From Hemiscyllium ocellatum (lineage: Eukaryota), in the NCBI RefSeq assembly GCF_020745735.1, contig NC_083413.1, positions 40,920,001 to 40,984,000 of the forward strand: 64,000 bases of DNA, written 5' to 3'. Within the stretch, counting starts at the first letter, position 1. Each line of letters opens with the position of its first letter. This document shows, in pieces, positions 39,765-52,199 of this stretch. The notes under the pieces are model-generated. The model saw nothing but the letters and a program-made list of their open reading frames with translations. It was not told the origin of the DNA and did no database searches. The position numbers and the translations under genes are program-made.

Positions 39765-40640
39765 AGAGTCATACAGCTTGGAAACAGACCCTTTGATCCA
39801 ATCAGAACATGATAACTATAATCCCAAATTCATCTTGTCCCACCTGCCTGTGCTTGGCCCATGTTCCCAGCGTTCTCATATCACTTTAAAAATATGCCCT
39901 CTAGTCTTGAAATCCTCAACCCCAGGGAAAAGCCATCTGCCACTCACCATATCTATACCCATCATGATTTTATAAACCTCCATCAGTCATTCCTTAATCT
40001 AATCTAATCTTCATCTAATCTAATCTAATATCTATACCCACCATGATTTTATAAACCTCCATCAGTCATTCCTTAATCTCCTACACTCCAGTGAAAAAAT
40101 CCCAGCCTATAAACTCTCCTCATAACTCAAACCCTCCATTAATGGCAATATCCTCATAAATCTTTTCTGAACCTTTACTAGCTTAATAATATCATTCCTA
40201 TATTAGGGCAACCAGACCTGGACAAAATACTCCAGAAGAGGCCTAACCAACGTCTTGTAAAACCTCAAATTAATGTCCCAACTCCTACACTGAAAAATCT
40301 GAGCAATGAAGGCAAATGCGCTAAGCTCCTTCTTCATCACTCTATATCTATTTGTGATGCAAACTTCAAAGAATTATGTACCTGAGCTCCTTGATCTCTG
40401 TTCTGTAACACTACCCAAGGCCTGAATTCTAATTGTCTCAGTCTTGCCCTTGTTTATTTTTACCAAACTGCAATATCTTGCATTTATCCAAATTAAACTT
40501 CGACTGACATTCTTCAGTGAATTGACCCAATTGATGAAGGTCTCTTTCTATCTGGGATAACCTTCATTGTCCACGATAGTACCAATCTTGGTGTCATCCA
40601 CAAACTTACTAATCATGCCTTCTATATTCTCATCTAAGTC
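39765..40640 (-). mobile_element. CR1/HER1 3' fragment
   Basis: Reverse complement of the CR1 RT C-terminus and tail. Confidence 0.8.
39949..40079. repeat. 52-bp direct duplication separated by a (TAATC)n tract
   Basis: 39949-40000 vs 40028-40079, 1 mismatch. Confidence 0.9.
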
Positions 40641-40917
40641 AGTCATTGGCTTATTGCATTTTCTTGTGCTATCATCAAACTCACCTTATTACCTATGAAC
40701 TAACCTGTATGGTGCTTTGCTTCTTGTAATTTCCTACTTGGAGGATGCACTAGACTCTATTGGGACATCCTGGGATCTCTAGCACTGGTCTATGTTTGAA
40801 AACCAACTGTACAAATATAGATGATAGTCTAGAGTTGCCCTTTAATGGGTACGAGATTGGAGGGCATTCTCAAACTGATGCTTCTCTGAGTGGCATGGCT
40901 GACATGTTATTGCACAT

Positions 40918-41088
40918 TAGACAAGTAGGAGGCTGGAAGAACACAGCAAGCTGGGCAGCATTAGAAAGTGGAGAAGTCAACGTTGACTTCTCCGCCTCCT
41001 GATGCAGCCTGGCTTGCTGTGTTATCCCAGCCTCCTGCTTGGCTACTTTGGATTTCAGCCTCTGCAGTTTTTGTTTTGTCTCTAACTA
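40918..41088. mobile_element. Fold-back pLTR-like mini-element with 14-bp TSD
   Basis: Perfect 24-bp palindrome at 40970-40993 within longer arms; atgttattgcacat at 40904-40917 and 41089-41102. Confidence 0.85.
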
Positions 41089-41529
41089 ATGTTATTGCAC
41101 ATACCAGTCTAACGTCTCTCACCTATCACTATTTATGATCCAAGCCACACAGCTCACCTGCCCTTAGCCTCATCTCATTTGATAACAATATCAAAGTCAA
41201 TGCTACGTTTTTAGCAAATGTCAAGTGTGGCCCAAATTCTCCTTATTGTTCAATTTGGGAGCATTGTATCTAAGTCCCTGATCTGAGATCGACTGATGTC
41301 CATGAATTGTTGTATCTGGACCCCCTGAATTGACTGTGAACCATTCCCTTTGACTTAGAGACATGTTAGTTTAGTTCATGCATAGGCAGTGTCTTTGCTG
41401 TGCAGGCTGTTGGCATGTCCTGTAGGTGTGTGACAAAACTCTGTGCTATACTGCGTGACCACTTCAGACAACCATGAGAAGTTGCCTGGCTTAGTGTGTG
41501 CGCTAAACCCCAAGACAAAACAAAATAAT

Positions 41530-42240
41530 TCTGCCAAGTGTGTGACTGCAGTTATAACATGCAGCTTCTGTTTGTATACCGTAAGGGTCTTCAAGTTTCC
41601 CTCAACAAGTTGCCTGTCTTTTACCAGGACCAGATCAATGCCTGGAACACTGTTGACTCATGCTGGGTCTTCCCACTGTCAGGAGTAGCAGCTGTCATCA
41701 GAAACTCTATGCTCAGGAATCCACGCCTCCATTATCGTGGGTTCAAGAGGCTGGCAGAGAGGGCTGTGGGGGTGACCAGAGTCTGGGATGTGTTCTCCAT
41801 TCGGGACCTGCGGTGAAGGGTGTTGTGCACAGCTATCCCTAATAACCATAGATTGCAGCGATTCATGGACACCCAGCCCATTTGTTGATTTTGTGGCATT
41901 ATGGAATACATAGACCATGTGCATATTGGTTGCAGGAGATTGCGCCCCCATTTTTAGTTATTTGTAAAAAATTTTGTTATTTTATTTTTGTTGCAACTAC
42001 ACTTCTGATCTTCGGGTGCCAACTGTCGGCCCCTTTTCCTCTTTCATTCCCTAGTGTTGTTGGCAAAGGAGCACATGCTGTCAATCAGTGCGCTTGGTGC
42101 CAGTAGAGAAATGGAAACTGTGGGGGGCACAGTACTTCACCTCTCCCTCCAACTCCATTTTGATTTAGCCCATTCCCTCTCTCCTTACCGCCCCATCAAT
42201 TTTAATAGTTTGCACTGTTCATAATGGCCTTTGCTTGTAA
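41530..42240 (+). mobile_element. Tx1/L1-like LINE 3' remnant
   Basis: LNKLPVFYQDQINAW, a degenerate C..FCG...DHV...C knuckle, and LLIFG. Confidence 0.6.
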
Positions 42241-42411
42241 ATATTTGAAATGACTACCCAGCCTAATCCCACTTAACCAGGTTTAGCCTGTATTCCTTCA
42301 GTGTATATTGTGATGGTACTGTGTTTTAAGAGAGAAGTGTTCTGTGCTATTTTTCTTGCAGAGGGGAATTGCCCACAGTGGTGTTGAAATGTCTGCACTT
42401 GGTAAACAATT

Positions 42412-43434
42412 GGTGACATGGTGGCTCAGTGGTTAGTACTGTTGCCTGACGGTGCCAGGTGACGTCCTGTTTCCCTATCACTGTATCAATCAAAGCAAAC
42501 ACTCAGAGATACAGTATGGCTTTACCTACTTCATCTTTATTCGGGCACTGGAGGGAGCAAGAACGATCGGCCATGTGCACAGAGACATGAGTTCTTAGTC
42601 TTCTCTCAAACAGCATTTTCTTAATGAATTATATGGTCATGCATGGAGGAGCATCCAGATAAGGCAACATACATATTGATTGGGTGACCGTTACAATCAG
42701 TGAGTGTCAATACTAAAGATTAAGCCATCTGCTGTTACACAATGAAAGTTCTTAACCTTGTTAATTGGCTTCACATAATGAATACTTTTCACCTTAGTTA
42801 ACTGACTTTGCATACTGGGATCGAGAGTGTGTTGCTGGAAAAGCACAGCAGGTCAGGCGGCATCCGAGGAGCAGAAGAATTGACTTTTTGGGCATAAGCC
42901 CTTTAGGAATTCCTTGATTCTGACCTTCAGCATTTGCAGTTCTCACTTTCTCCTAGTTGATTTTTGACTTTACATACTGAATGCTTCTTTATCTTGTTAA
43001 ATGGCTTTGCGCAATGAATATCTTTTCACCTCATCAACCTACTACCCTTGCTTCCAGCACCTCATTGTCTACTGCAAGTTCTTATCTGATCTGAATCATG
43101 CTAGCTGAACCTTTTTGTTTCACTAAACTCAAAACTTAACTCTCCCTACCTGCTCATACCCATTACACATTCTCTCAGGGACCTGGGTTCGATTCCCGCT
43201 TTGGGTGACTGTCTGTGTGGAGTTTACACATTCTCCCTGTGTCTGTGTGGGTTTTCTCTGGGTACTCTGGTTTCCTCCCACAGTCTAAAGATGTGCAGGT
43301 TAGGTGAATTAGCCACCTAAATTACCCATCGTATTAGTTGCATTAGTCAGAGGTAGGTACAGGGTGGGGGAATAGGTCTGTGTGGGTTACTCTTCGGAGG
43401 GTCGGTGTGGATGTTTTGGGCCAATAATCTAATC
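42412..43434 (+). mobile_element. HE1 SINE split by an LTR-like insert (42460-43177)
   Basis: Head ...ggtgccagg resumes as gggacctgggttcgattcc at 43178. Confidence 0.85.
42818..42964. mobile_element. pLTR mini-element (family B) with 15-bp TSD
   Basis: tgactttgcatactg (42803-42817) / tgactttacatactg (42965-42979). Confidence 0.8.
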
Positions 43435-45256
43435 AAATAAAGCTTTTGAATTTTCCCTTGGTGATTTTTAAAAAAAAAAATAAGGCAAAAGTGTCACGAG
43501 TGGCCAGGGTCAGAGCTCTCACAGACCCAGGAAGATTTTTATTTTTGTTTTTCAGTTAATGAGAACGTTTCTGCTGGCTGGCTGTTGGAGCTAACTGCTA
43601 GAACATTGTCTCTGCTGCTGCAGTAAAAGGACAGCGTGTGAGAACAATGTCTGTTTTGCTGAATTGTATTTTTATTAAGCATATGTTTATTGGGGTGCTG
43701 TCCATATTGGAACGGTTTATAATAAGTGGTTAATTAATACATAATCTTGTTAAGTATTTCAATGTAGTTAAAGTTAGACCATTTAAAAAAACTCTATTGT
43801 ATGATTTAAATGTGTTTGATTATAGCCTAGTGGTGGACCAATTGAATTATATCTGGACCACAGCACCTTACACTTGCCTCAGTAAATACAAAAGTTAAGG
43901 GAATTGGCTGTCTCTTAGAGTACTTTGGCAGGGGAGGGGTCTGGCCTGGTCTGTAACAATATCCTGAGTATTTTTAAAAGTTCCAGGGATTTTTGTCCCC
44001 TATAACCCTTTCACACAATGAGTTTAAGATCTCTGCTACCATCTTTGGGGTATGGTGAGGGAGGAAATCTCTTCCTCTAGTCCTTCTGTCTGTAATTTTT
44101 AGATTGCTGCCACAGTGTTATTAAGCTCTCTGCTAAAGGACATTACCTGATATCCACACTGTTGAACTACCTATCGACAATACAAGCAATTATCACTTCA
44201 TACCCCATAATCATATCCCAATACCAAATCATTGACATGTCATAAGAAGCATGACATGTCACAGTACTTAATCCTGAAAAATGTCATCGGAATCATCTTC
44301 TTGGTCACAAAAACGCCCATTTACCATTATAGTTTATTTCCTGCCGTCATACTAATTTGTATTCAGCTTGCCATTTCCTTGATTTGCAAGAATTTTTCAG
44401 CTTCTGAACTGTCTGTCATGGGGGACTTTATTGAAAAACTCTGCTAAAACCCATATTGACGACTTCAACTGTGCCACCTTCAAAATCCCACCTAATTATG
44501 TCCACAATCTATTCAACTGAGTTAGTCATGGATGAGCTTCCACTGAAAAGTTCATGTTGACTTTCCTTGATTAAGTTATGGCTTTCTAAATAAAGATTCA
44601 TAACCTCCTTTAGATTTTTCTTTCCTAGTAGTTTGTCCATCTCACAAGTTGGGATGACTTGACTTATAGATTTGATCTATCTTTTTTTAAAAATAATAAT
44701 ATAATTTGTTCCTAAGTGAGATTAATTTAGTCTTATGTTTTCCACCCATTATTATAATTATTCAGTAGTGTTACTTGAAATATTACACAAATGTGTTGTT
44801 TAATGTTTTGGATTTTATTCAGCTCTGCTATAATGGAGAATACTTTTATCTGTTTGGTAATGAGATGATACAGGCAATAAATCCCAGAAATATTTATTCT
44901 GTTGAGAATGAATGGCTTTTCTTAGATAAACATGTAGGTCTATTGTTCAGTAAGTATTTGTTCCATAACAGGGCTTTTTATGTTGTAATTTTTTAAGAAT
45001 TCGGAGGTGCTGATTTACAATGATTGAATAAGCCAAATTCTATTTTTATTAAAGGCATTTTTGGGATTTTCACTCGTTCATTGAGACAGAATTTTATAAG
45101 TATGACCCATACTTTGTAATAACTGGGAGATTGCCTTTATACAATATATTGAGTCATAGTGTCATACAGTATGGAAACATCCTCCAGTCCAACGTCTTCG
45201 TGCCAGTCAGACATTCCAATTGGACCTAGTTCAATTTGCCAGCACTTGACCCATAT

Positions 45257-45578
45257 TGGCATCAATGTGGATTTCACCAGTTTCCTCATTTCCCTCCCTC
45301 CCTACCTTATCCCAGATCCAGCCTTGCAACTCGGCACTGTCCTCATGACCTTACCTACCTGTTCCACCTTCCTCTCTGACCTATCACAATTACCCCACCT
45401 TCATCTACCTGTCGCACTCTCGGGTACCCCCTCAGCCCACTCCCTCCTATTTATCTCTCCACCCCCTTGGATCACAAGTCTCATTCCTGATGAGGGGCTT
45501 ATGCCCGAAAAGTCGATTCTCCTGCTCATCAGATGCTGCCCTGACTTGCCATGCTTTTCCAGCACCACACACTCAACT
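45257..45578 (+). mobile_element. Penelope 3' end/pLTR (family B) with 11-bp TSD and hammerhead motif
   Basis: ttgacccatat / ttgactcatat; attcCTGATGAGGGGCTTATGCCCGAAAAGTCgatt. Confidence 0.8.
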
Positions 45579-46667
45579 TTGACTCATATCCCTGTAAACC
45601 CTTCCTATTCACAGACCCATTCAGATGCTTTTTAATCGTTCTGATTGTACCCACCTACTCCACTTCCTCTGGCATCTCATTCCTTAGATGTACGACCCTC
45701 TGCACGAAAAAGTTACCCCGAGATCCCTTTTAAAATCATTCCTCTATTCCCTTCTAGTTTTGGACTCCCCTAAGAAAAATACCTTGGGCTATTCATCTTC
45801 TCTGTCCCTCATGATTTTATAAACTTTTTTCAGGTCACTCCTCAGCCTCTGATGTTCCAGGGGAAAAGAATCTCAGACTGTTCAGCCTTTCCCTGTAACT
45901 AAAATCCTCCAGTTCTGGCAACATCTCTAAGTCTTTTCTGCACTCTTTCAAGTTTAACAACATCTTTCCTTTAGGTGGGCAGCCAGAACTGTTTGCAGTA
46001 TTCTAAAAGTGGCCTCACCAATGTCCTGTATATCCATGACATGACAACCCAACACTTATACTTAATGTTCAACCAATGAAAGCAAGATACCAAACACCAC
46101 CTTCACCACCCCATCTACCTGCAACTCCACTTTGGAGGTATGAGGTACTTGTATCCTTAGGTCTCTTTGTTGGAAATGCTCTCCAGGGTCCTACTATTAA
46201 TTGTATAAGTCCTGTCCTGGTTTGCCTGATCAAAATGCAACACCGCGCAGCTCGCTAAATTAAACTCTATCTACCAATTCTCAGCACACTGACCCATCTG
46301 ATCAATGTATCACGGGGATGAGTCGAGTTGGGATGCTCTTCAGAGGATTGGTGTGGACTTGATGGACTGAATAGATTCTGTGATAGTATGATAATCTTCA
46401 CTGTCCACTACATCATCTATTTTGGTGTCATCTGCAAACTTACTAATATTCCATGCTTCCAATATTCACATCCAAATCATTTGTAAAAGTGATGAAAAGC
46501 AGCGGATCCAGCACAGATCTTTGTGGCACATTGCTGGTCTCAGGCCACCAGTTTGAAAAGCAACCCTCTACCGCCAGCCTCTATATCCCTGACGTTCAAG
46601 CCAATTTTGTATCTAGTTGGCTAGCTCTCCCTGGATTCCATGTGACCTAATCTTACCAACTATGTCA

Positions 46668-46788
46668 TGTCACTTGATGAAGGAGCAGTGCTGCAAAAGC
46701 TTGTGATTTCAAATAAACATGTTGGCCGATAACCTGATGGTGTATGACTTCTGAACTTGTCCATCCTGCTCCAACATTGCACCTCCAC
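46668..46788 (+). mobile_element. pLTR (family A) with decayed hammerhead
   Basis: tcacTTGATGAAGGAGCAGTGCTGCAAAAGCTTgtga; imperfect 18-bp TSD. Confidence 0.7.
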
Positions 46789-49127
46789 ATCTTACTAACC
46801 TTGTCAAATGCTTTGTTGAAGTCTATATGGACAACAGGTTCTCCTTAAGCTATGCATTTTTATTATTCCTTTTGGATGAAAGCTGAGAATACATGATCAG
46901 ATGAATATGTGATACACTAACCAGATATCAGATATTTGATATTCGTACTTGTGAAGGGAAATAAGGTCTGGTTACAAGTGACAAGAGTGTTATGATGTGA
47001 AAAAAGTTGTGTGATCTACTGTTTTTGTTCTGTGCTCTCATATGCTTCCTAAAACATTTAGCAAGTCTTCATTAGGGAAGTTTAGTCGAGCATTAAGTTA
47101 TATTATTTACAAATGGAAGAAAAGTCACATTAATTGATTGCAAGTCAGAACACTGATTCAGGATCACTGGGCTTAAAATATTAACTTTCCTTACCTCTGT
47201 ACAGATGCTGCCAGACCTGCTGAGTTTCTCCAGCACCTTCTGTTTGTGTTTTTGGTAGAAGATTGTTTGGTAAATATGTGAACAGATGACCCATGCTGGA
47301 TTATAGATGGCTTTGCTGTGTCTTGCCATATTGACCATATGAGTCCCACTTGTTAAGTGTTGGTAGATTATTTGACTGCAGAAGCTGAACCTATTCTCTA
47401 CTCTTGCCTCTGTGTGGGCAGTGAATTGGATCAATTGAACCATCATGAATGGAACTTGCCTTATTTTGCTTTTCTGTTGATGTCAGACAATTCAATGTAA
47501 GTCAGGAGTCAGAATAATTACCTATTACTGTATCACAGTATGACACATATCTAGCAACTGTACTAATGATGGAATCGCTGAATGGTATGTTCCATGTTCA
47601 CTTTTCAGAGAGGAACTAAGGCTGTGGAATAAGGTCACATAATCACGTTAGTCCAATAAACCTGTGGAAGACAACACCACCAGTGTAAATACTTTGGAAA
47701 GTAATCTGTTGAATATCAAGTGAAGGGGCTGCTGAAAACATCAACTTTTTTCAGTCCAAGTGTGAATTGACAGCAGACATAGTTTAACTCCATTTCAAGC
47801 ATCTGATCAACAGGAGAATATAGGAGTGTTTTTCCAACTAGAAACGCAGTCACACATTCAATTCAAGAAGTGTTTGTTTAAATTTGGGAATTAACTTTAA
47901 ATTCTGGGTGAGGAATCCATGCCACACCTGTGTTACTCTTATGAGTCAGTCAACAAATATAAATGCTCTGATTAGCTTGGAGGTGAGCTTAGTGCCCAGT
48001 TCATGACAGCAAGTGTTGCCAGGCGGTAGGAGCAGCTTGTAAAAGATAAATGGCAAAGGTAGGTAGGCAGCAGCCATGATGGGGCCTGCTACTGTCTTGC
48101 TGAATACAGAAAAATGCATTTTAGATTGCTGGCATTCACATTCTGTGCAAAAATGGCCAACCGTAATTTACCATGCCCAATCTGGAGCAAGATCTCCTAG
48201 TTGCAAATATTTTTAGTTTTGTGGTGGGGAAAAAGAAAGTCATAAATTTCTGCCCAGGCTGAACTTAGCAACTATACACTGAAGTGCATCTGACTGGTCG
48301 GCTTCAGCAAATTTGACAAATTTTAAAAATGCCTACTGGTCTACCCTTACTTGTTAACAAGATACTGAAGGAGCTTAGCTGACTGTTAATTGAAGGCATT
48401 TGGATTCCTGACAACCACCTTTTACTTTTATTTCAGCATCCAAAAGGCATCAGGACACTCCCATTCTATTTTCAAAGCATGCTTGTTCTTGTTCTAGCCC
48501 CCTTGGGCATTTGAAAATCCTAGCCTTCAGTTTTAAAAGCTTATTTATTTGAGTAGAAATAAAATGACATTAAGGCTTAAGTAAAGTAGAATGGTGGATA
48601 ATGCAGCCTCCTTGGACTCCTTAAGACTCCCAGAGTCTGAGAGATTCAACAGAGTGATTGGAGTTTCTGCTTTGCTCCTAAATAAATCCTTCCATATCCA
48701 TTAATTTATCCAACACTATCAACTCTGATAAGGACTGTATGAAGTTGAAATCCAATGTGAAATCATCGCTTAGTTTCGAAGATATTGCTGTAATGATGGG
48801 AGAGGATGCATTCTTTAACTGAAGAATGTTATTGCATAAAGTTGTTTTGAACCTTCTTATTTTTTCATATGTATATTCATATTTTGTTACAGAAAAGCAA
48901 GAGTGTTGTGTACACTTTGATTTGAATTACTCATGTCAGAAAATTAGATTTTAGAGATATAATCATAACTTCCATACGTTTGAGTCTGTTCATTGCTTTC
49001 TGCTGGTGGAGTTAGAAAATATTAATCACACAGTTGGCTTATAAATTCCTTCAATTACATCACTGTTTAAATGTGGTAACTTAAATTTATTAATGATAGT
49101 GTTGTGCAATGTTATTGAATTATGGAA

Positions 49128-49467
49128 GGGTGGCATGGTAGCTCAGTGGTTAACACTGCTGCCTCACAGCGCCAGGGACCCAGGTTCGATTACCGTCTCG
49201 GGCGACTCTGTGTGGAGTTTGCACATTGTCTGCGTGGGTTTCCTCTGGGTGCTCCGGTTTCCTCCCACCATTCAAAGATGTGCAGGTTAGGTGAGTTGGC
49301 CATGCTGAATTGCCCATAGTGTTCAGGGATGTGTAGATTAGGTTAGGTCCATTAGTCAGGGGGAAATTAGAGTGATAGGGGAATGGATCTGGGAGAGTTA
49401 CTCTTCAGAAAGTTAGTGTGGACTTGCTGAGCCACAGAGTCTGTTTCCACACTGTAGGACTTCTAAT
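49128..49467 (+). mobile_element. HE1 SINE
   Basis: Head, core, tail. Confidence 0.88.
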
Positions 49468-50384
49468 TTTAATTCAACTGTTACTGCTGATGTCTGGCTC
49501 ATTTTCAGTCCACAGTGAACCAACCATGGTTTTCATAATAAATGGGTCAATCGTTTTTAGCTGCAGAATCTCTAGCCTGGCACTGATTGCAAGTAATAAA
49601 TTCCATTAATGTTGAGTTTTTCTGCACTTCCGGCTTTATAAAAGATACAAGACTTCCTAACAAATTATTTTTATTTAACAAAATTTGATGTGAATTGTTT
49701 TCTTCAACTTGATTTAGACCCAACTAAATTACTGAATAACATGCTACTGTAGATATTGAGGAAAAACATTATTTTGCAATAAAACTTAATATCGTCCCTA
49801 CCTTGAGGGAATCGTTGATACCTTTGTTTTTACTGGAATTTTCGAGGAACTTCGTTGATAATTGAAATGTTAATGCAGTAGTGGAATGTGTTTTGGTCTG
49901 ATTTTTTTTTCATCTGATATTCACTAATATTTTCATATGAATACTCACTGAACCTGTATGGTAAGCATGATTGCAACAAACAGTGAAAACATCTTTGTTT
50001 TCAAAAGATCAGTTATGTTGGTGAGCCAAGACTAATGTTTTACGGGTCTGCATTACAGTGGCTCAATCAACTTGTAGGCATGCAACTACATATCAGTTTT
50101 TTGTGATATTGAAAATTAAAATAAATTTTGCGTAGTTTTAATATATTGTGAAAGTTTTTTTCCAATAAATTTGATGTTATAATATTCTGAATCACTGCTT
50201 GCTTTTTAAATATGCTTTGAATTGGAGACAAAACCAAAGTACAATCAAAGCTCTGCAAAGCTAATGTTCGATTGGCACTGTGGTGCTTTGCATGGATGGT
50301 ACAGCAGCAGGCTGCTTTTAAATATTCCCCAAGGTGGATAGTGAAAAAAAAAACAAAGTATTGAACAATAGGAATGATTACCAT

Positions 50385-50705
50385 GGGGGCAACACAATAG
50401 TTCAGTGGTTATGACTATTGCCTCACAGCACAAGGGACTGGGTTTGATTCCACTCTCTGGCGACCGTGTGGACATTGCATGTTTCCTTCGGGTGCTCTCC
50501 CATAGTCCAAAGGTATGGTTTGCTGGATTGACCTGGCTAAATTTCCCATAGTGTTTAGGCTAGGTGGATTAGACATGGGAAATACAGTGTTACAGAGATA
50601 GGACCCATACTGTGGGTCTGGGTGGGATACTGTTCGGAGGGTCGGTGTGGACTCAATCGGCTGAATGGTTTGCTTCCAAACTGTAGGGATTCTACGATTC
50701 TATAT
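50385..50705 (+). mobile_element. Diverged HE1 SINE
   Basis: Head and tail recognisable. Confidence 0.75.
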
Positions 50706-51839
50706 GATATTGAGCTTTAAATTATGCACCTTTGCACAGTACGTATTTATAAATGCTGCAATTTTTCCAGACTGACCACTGAATTTCCCAGTAATGGCAT
50801 TTGTTTTGTTTAAAGCACCCTAATAAACTTGCATTAGCAACATTACTGTTATGTGATTAAAAATTAAGTAATAAATAGCATTTTTAACTAGAATAATAGT
50901 CATATATCTTCTAAAGCTTCTGATGGTCCAAAATTGTATTAATCATTAACCACAACATTGGTGTAGTAAAGTAATACATTTGTAAATGTTGAATGGTTTA
51001 CTTCAGTTAGGGTAAACATTAACAGCTGATACCAAAGTTGATTAGTTAAATTTTAAATGCAGATATTTTGGAAATCAAAAAATGAATTTAGTTCACTATT
51101 TTTTTCATATTCCTGTATTTGAATGGTTCAGATATAAATGCTCGTCAATGAATATTGGCAATTCCGGATTGAACAGTTAACTTAAATTCACTGGTGCATG
51201 CTTGTTTTAAAATAGGATGTTGCGTGGCAGGCACAGAGGAGTCGTTGCAACCTGTATGGAACTGTAGTAACAGCAGTGAGTGAGTTGGACTGTGAAAGTG
51301 GGTGGCCTCTCATGTCTGCTCCTAAAGTTAATACCAATTAGTAAAAGAGTTTGGAGTAGCTTTTGATACTTTATTTTGGTACTTTTATTTGGGTACTTTA
51401 ATCAGTGCAATATCATATGAAAGTCTTTTTATAGCTATGATTTCCAAGGGGTTTTGGTATGAAATCCCGAATAAATTATTGTATATGAAACTTCAATATT
51501 TCAAAAAAAACTTCTAAAATATTTTAGCTATTTGTTATAATAAAGGGGCCAAAGGTAATAGTTTTGTTATTACCTCTTGCATAGCTATTATGAGCAAAAG
51601 ATTGCTACCTGCCTCTGCCTCACTCTTTTTTTGTTTCCAGTTTGTTTTCTTTGCATGTAATCTTCTCTATCCCTTTTGACCTGTTAGCCTTATTTTCAGC
51701 TATATCACGCATGTCAATGTCTCTGCTCTTGCTCATGCACGCATCCCCGTCGTTCTGTCGTTCTCTCCTGTCTATCCTCTCCACTTTCACTCTTCATTTT
51801 CTCTCTCTCTCTCACTGGCCAGCTACTACTTATTTTTCC

Positions 51840-52125
51840 ATAGAACCCTTTCAGAGAACCCCACAGTTTGGAAACGGGCCCTTCAGTCCAACAAGTCCAT
51901 GCTGACCCTGTGAGGAGCAACCCACCCAGACCCATTCCCCTGCCCTATTACATTTCCCCTGACAAATACACCAAACGTACACTTCCCTGAGCACTTGGCA
52001 ACTTAGCATGGTCAATTCACCTAACCTGCGCATCTTTGGATTGTTGGAGGAAACCAGAGCACCTGGAGGAAACCCGTGCAGACGCAGGGAGAATGCACAA
52101 ACTCCAAACAGACTGGCGCCTGGGT
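51840..52125 (-). mobile_element. HE1 SINE (5' truncated)
   Basis: Reverse complement of core and tail. Confidence 0.8.
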
Positions 52126-52199
52126 CCCTCGTATATCCAAAAGAAGTTAGTACTTTTTGAAATTTGCAGCATGTTCAGATGTTGCAGTATTTGAGATGA

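Larger units (their letters stand above)
42309..43958. mobile_element. Probable solo LTR (Gypsy-like) hosting nested insertions
   Basis: TG...CA termini with ATAT duplication at 42305-42308 and 43959-43962. Confidence 0.6.
45150..46830 (-). mobile_element. CR1/HER1 fragment carrying pLTR and SINE-tail insertions
   Basis: ttggtgtcatctgcaaa (FADDTK on minus); CR1 tail near 45150. Confidence 0.8.
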
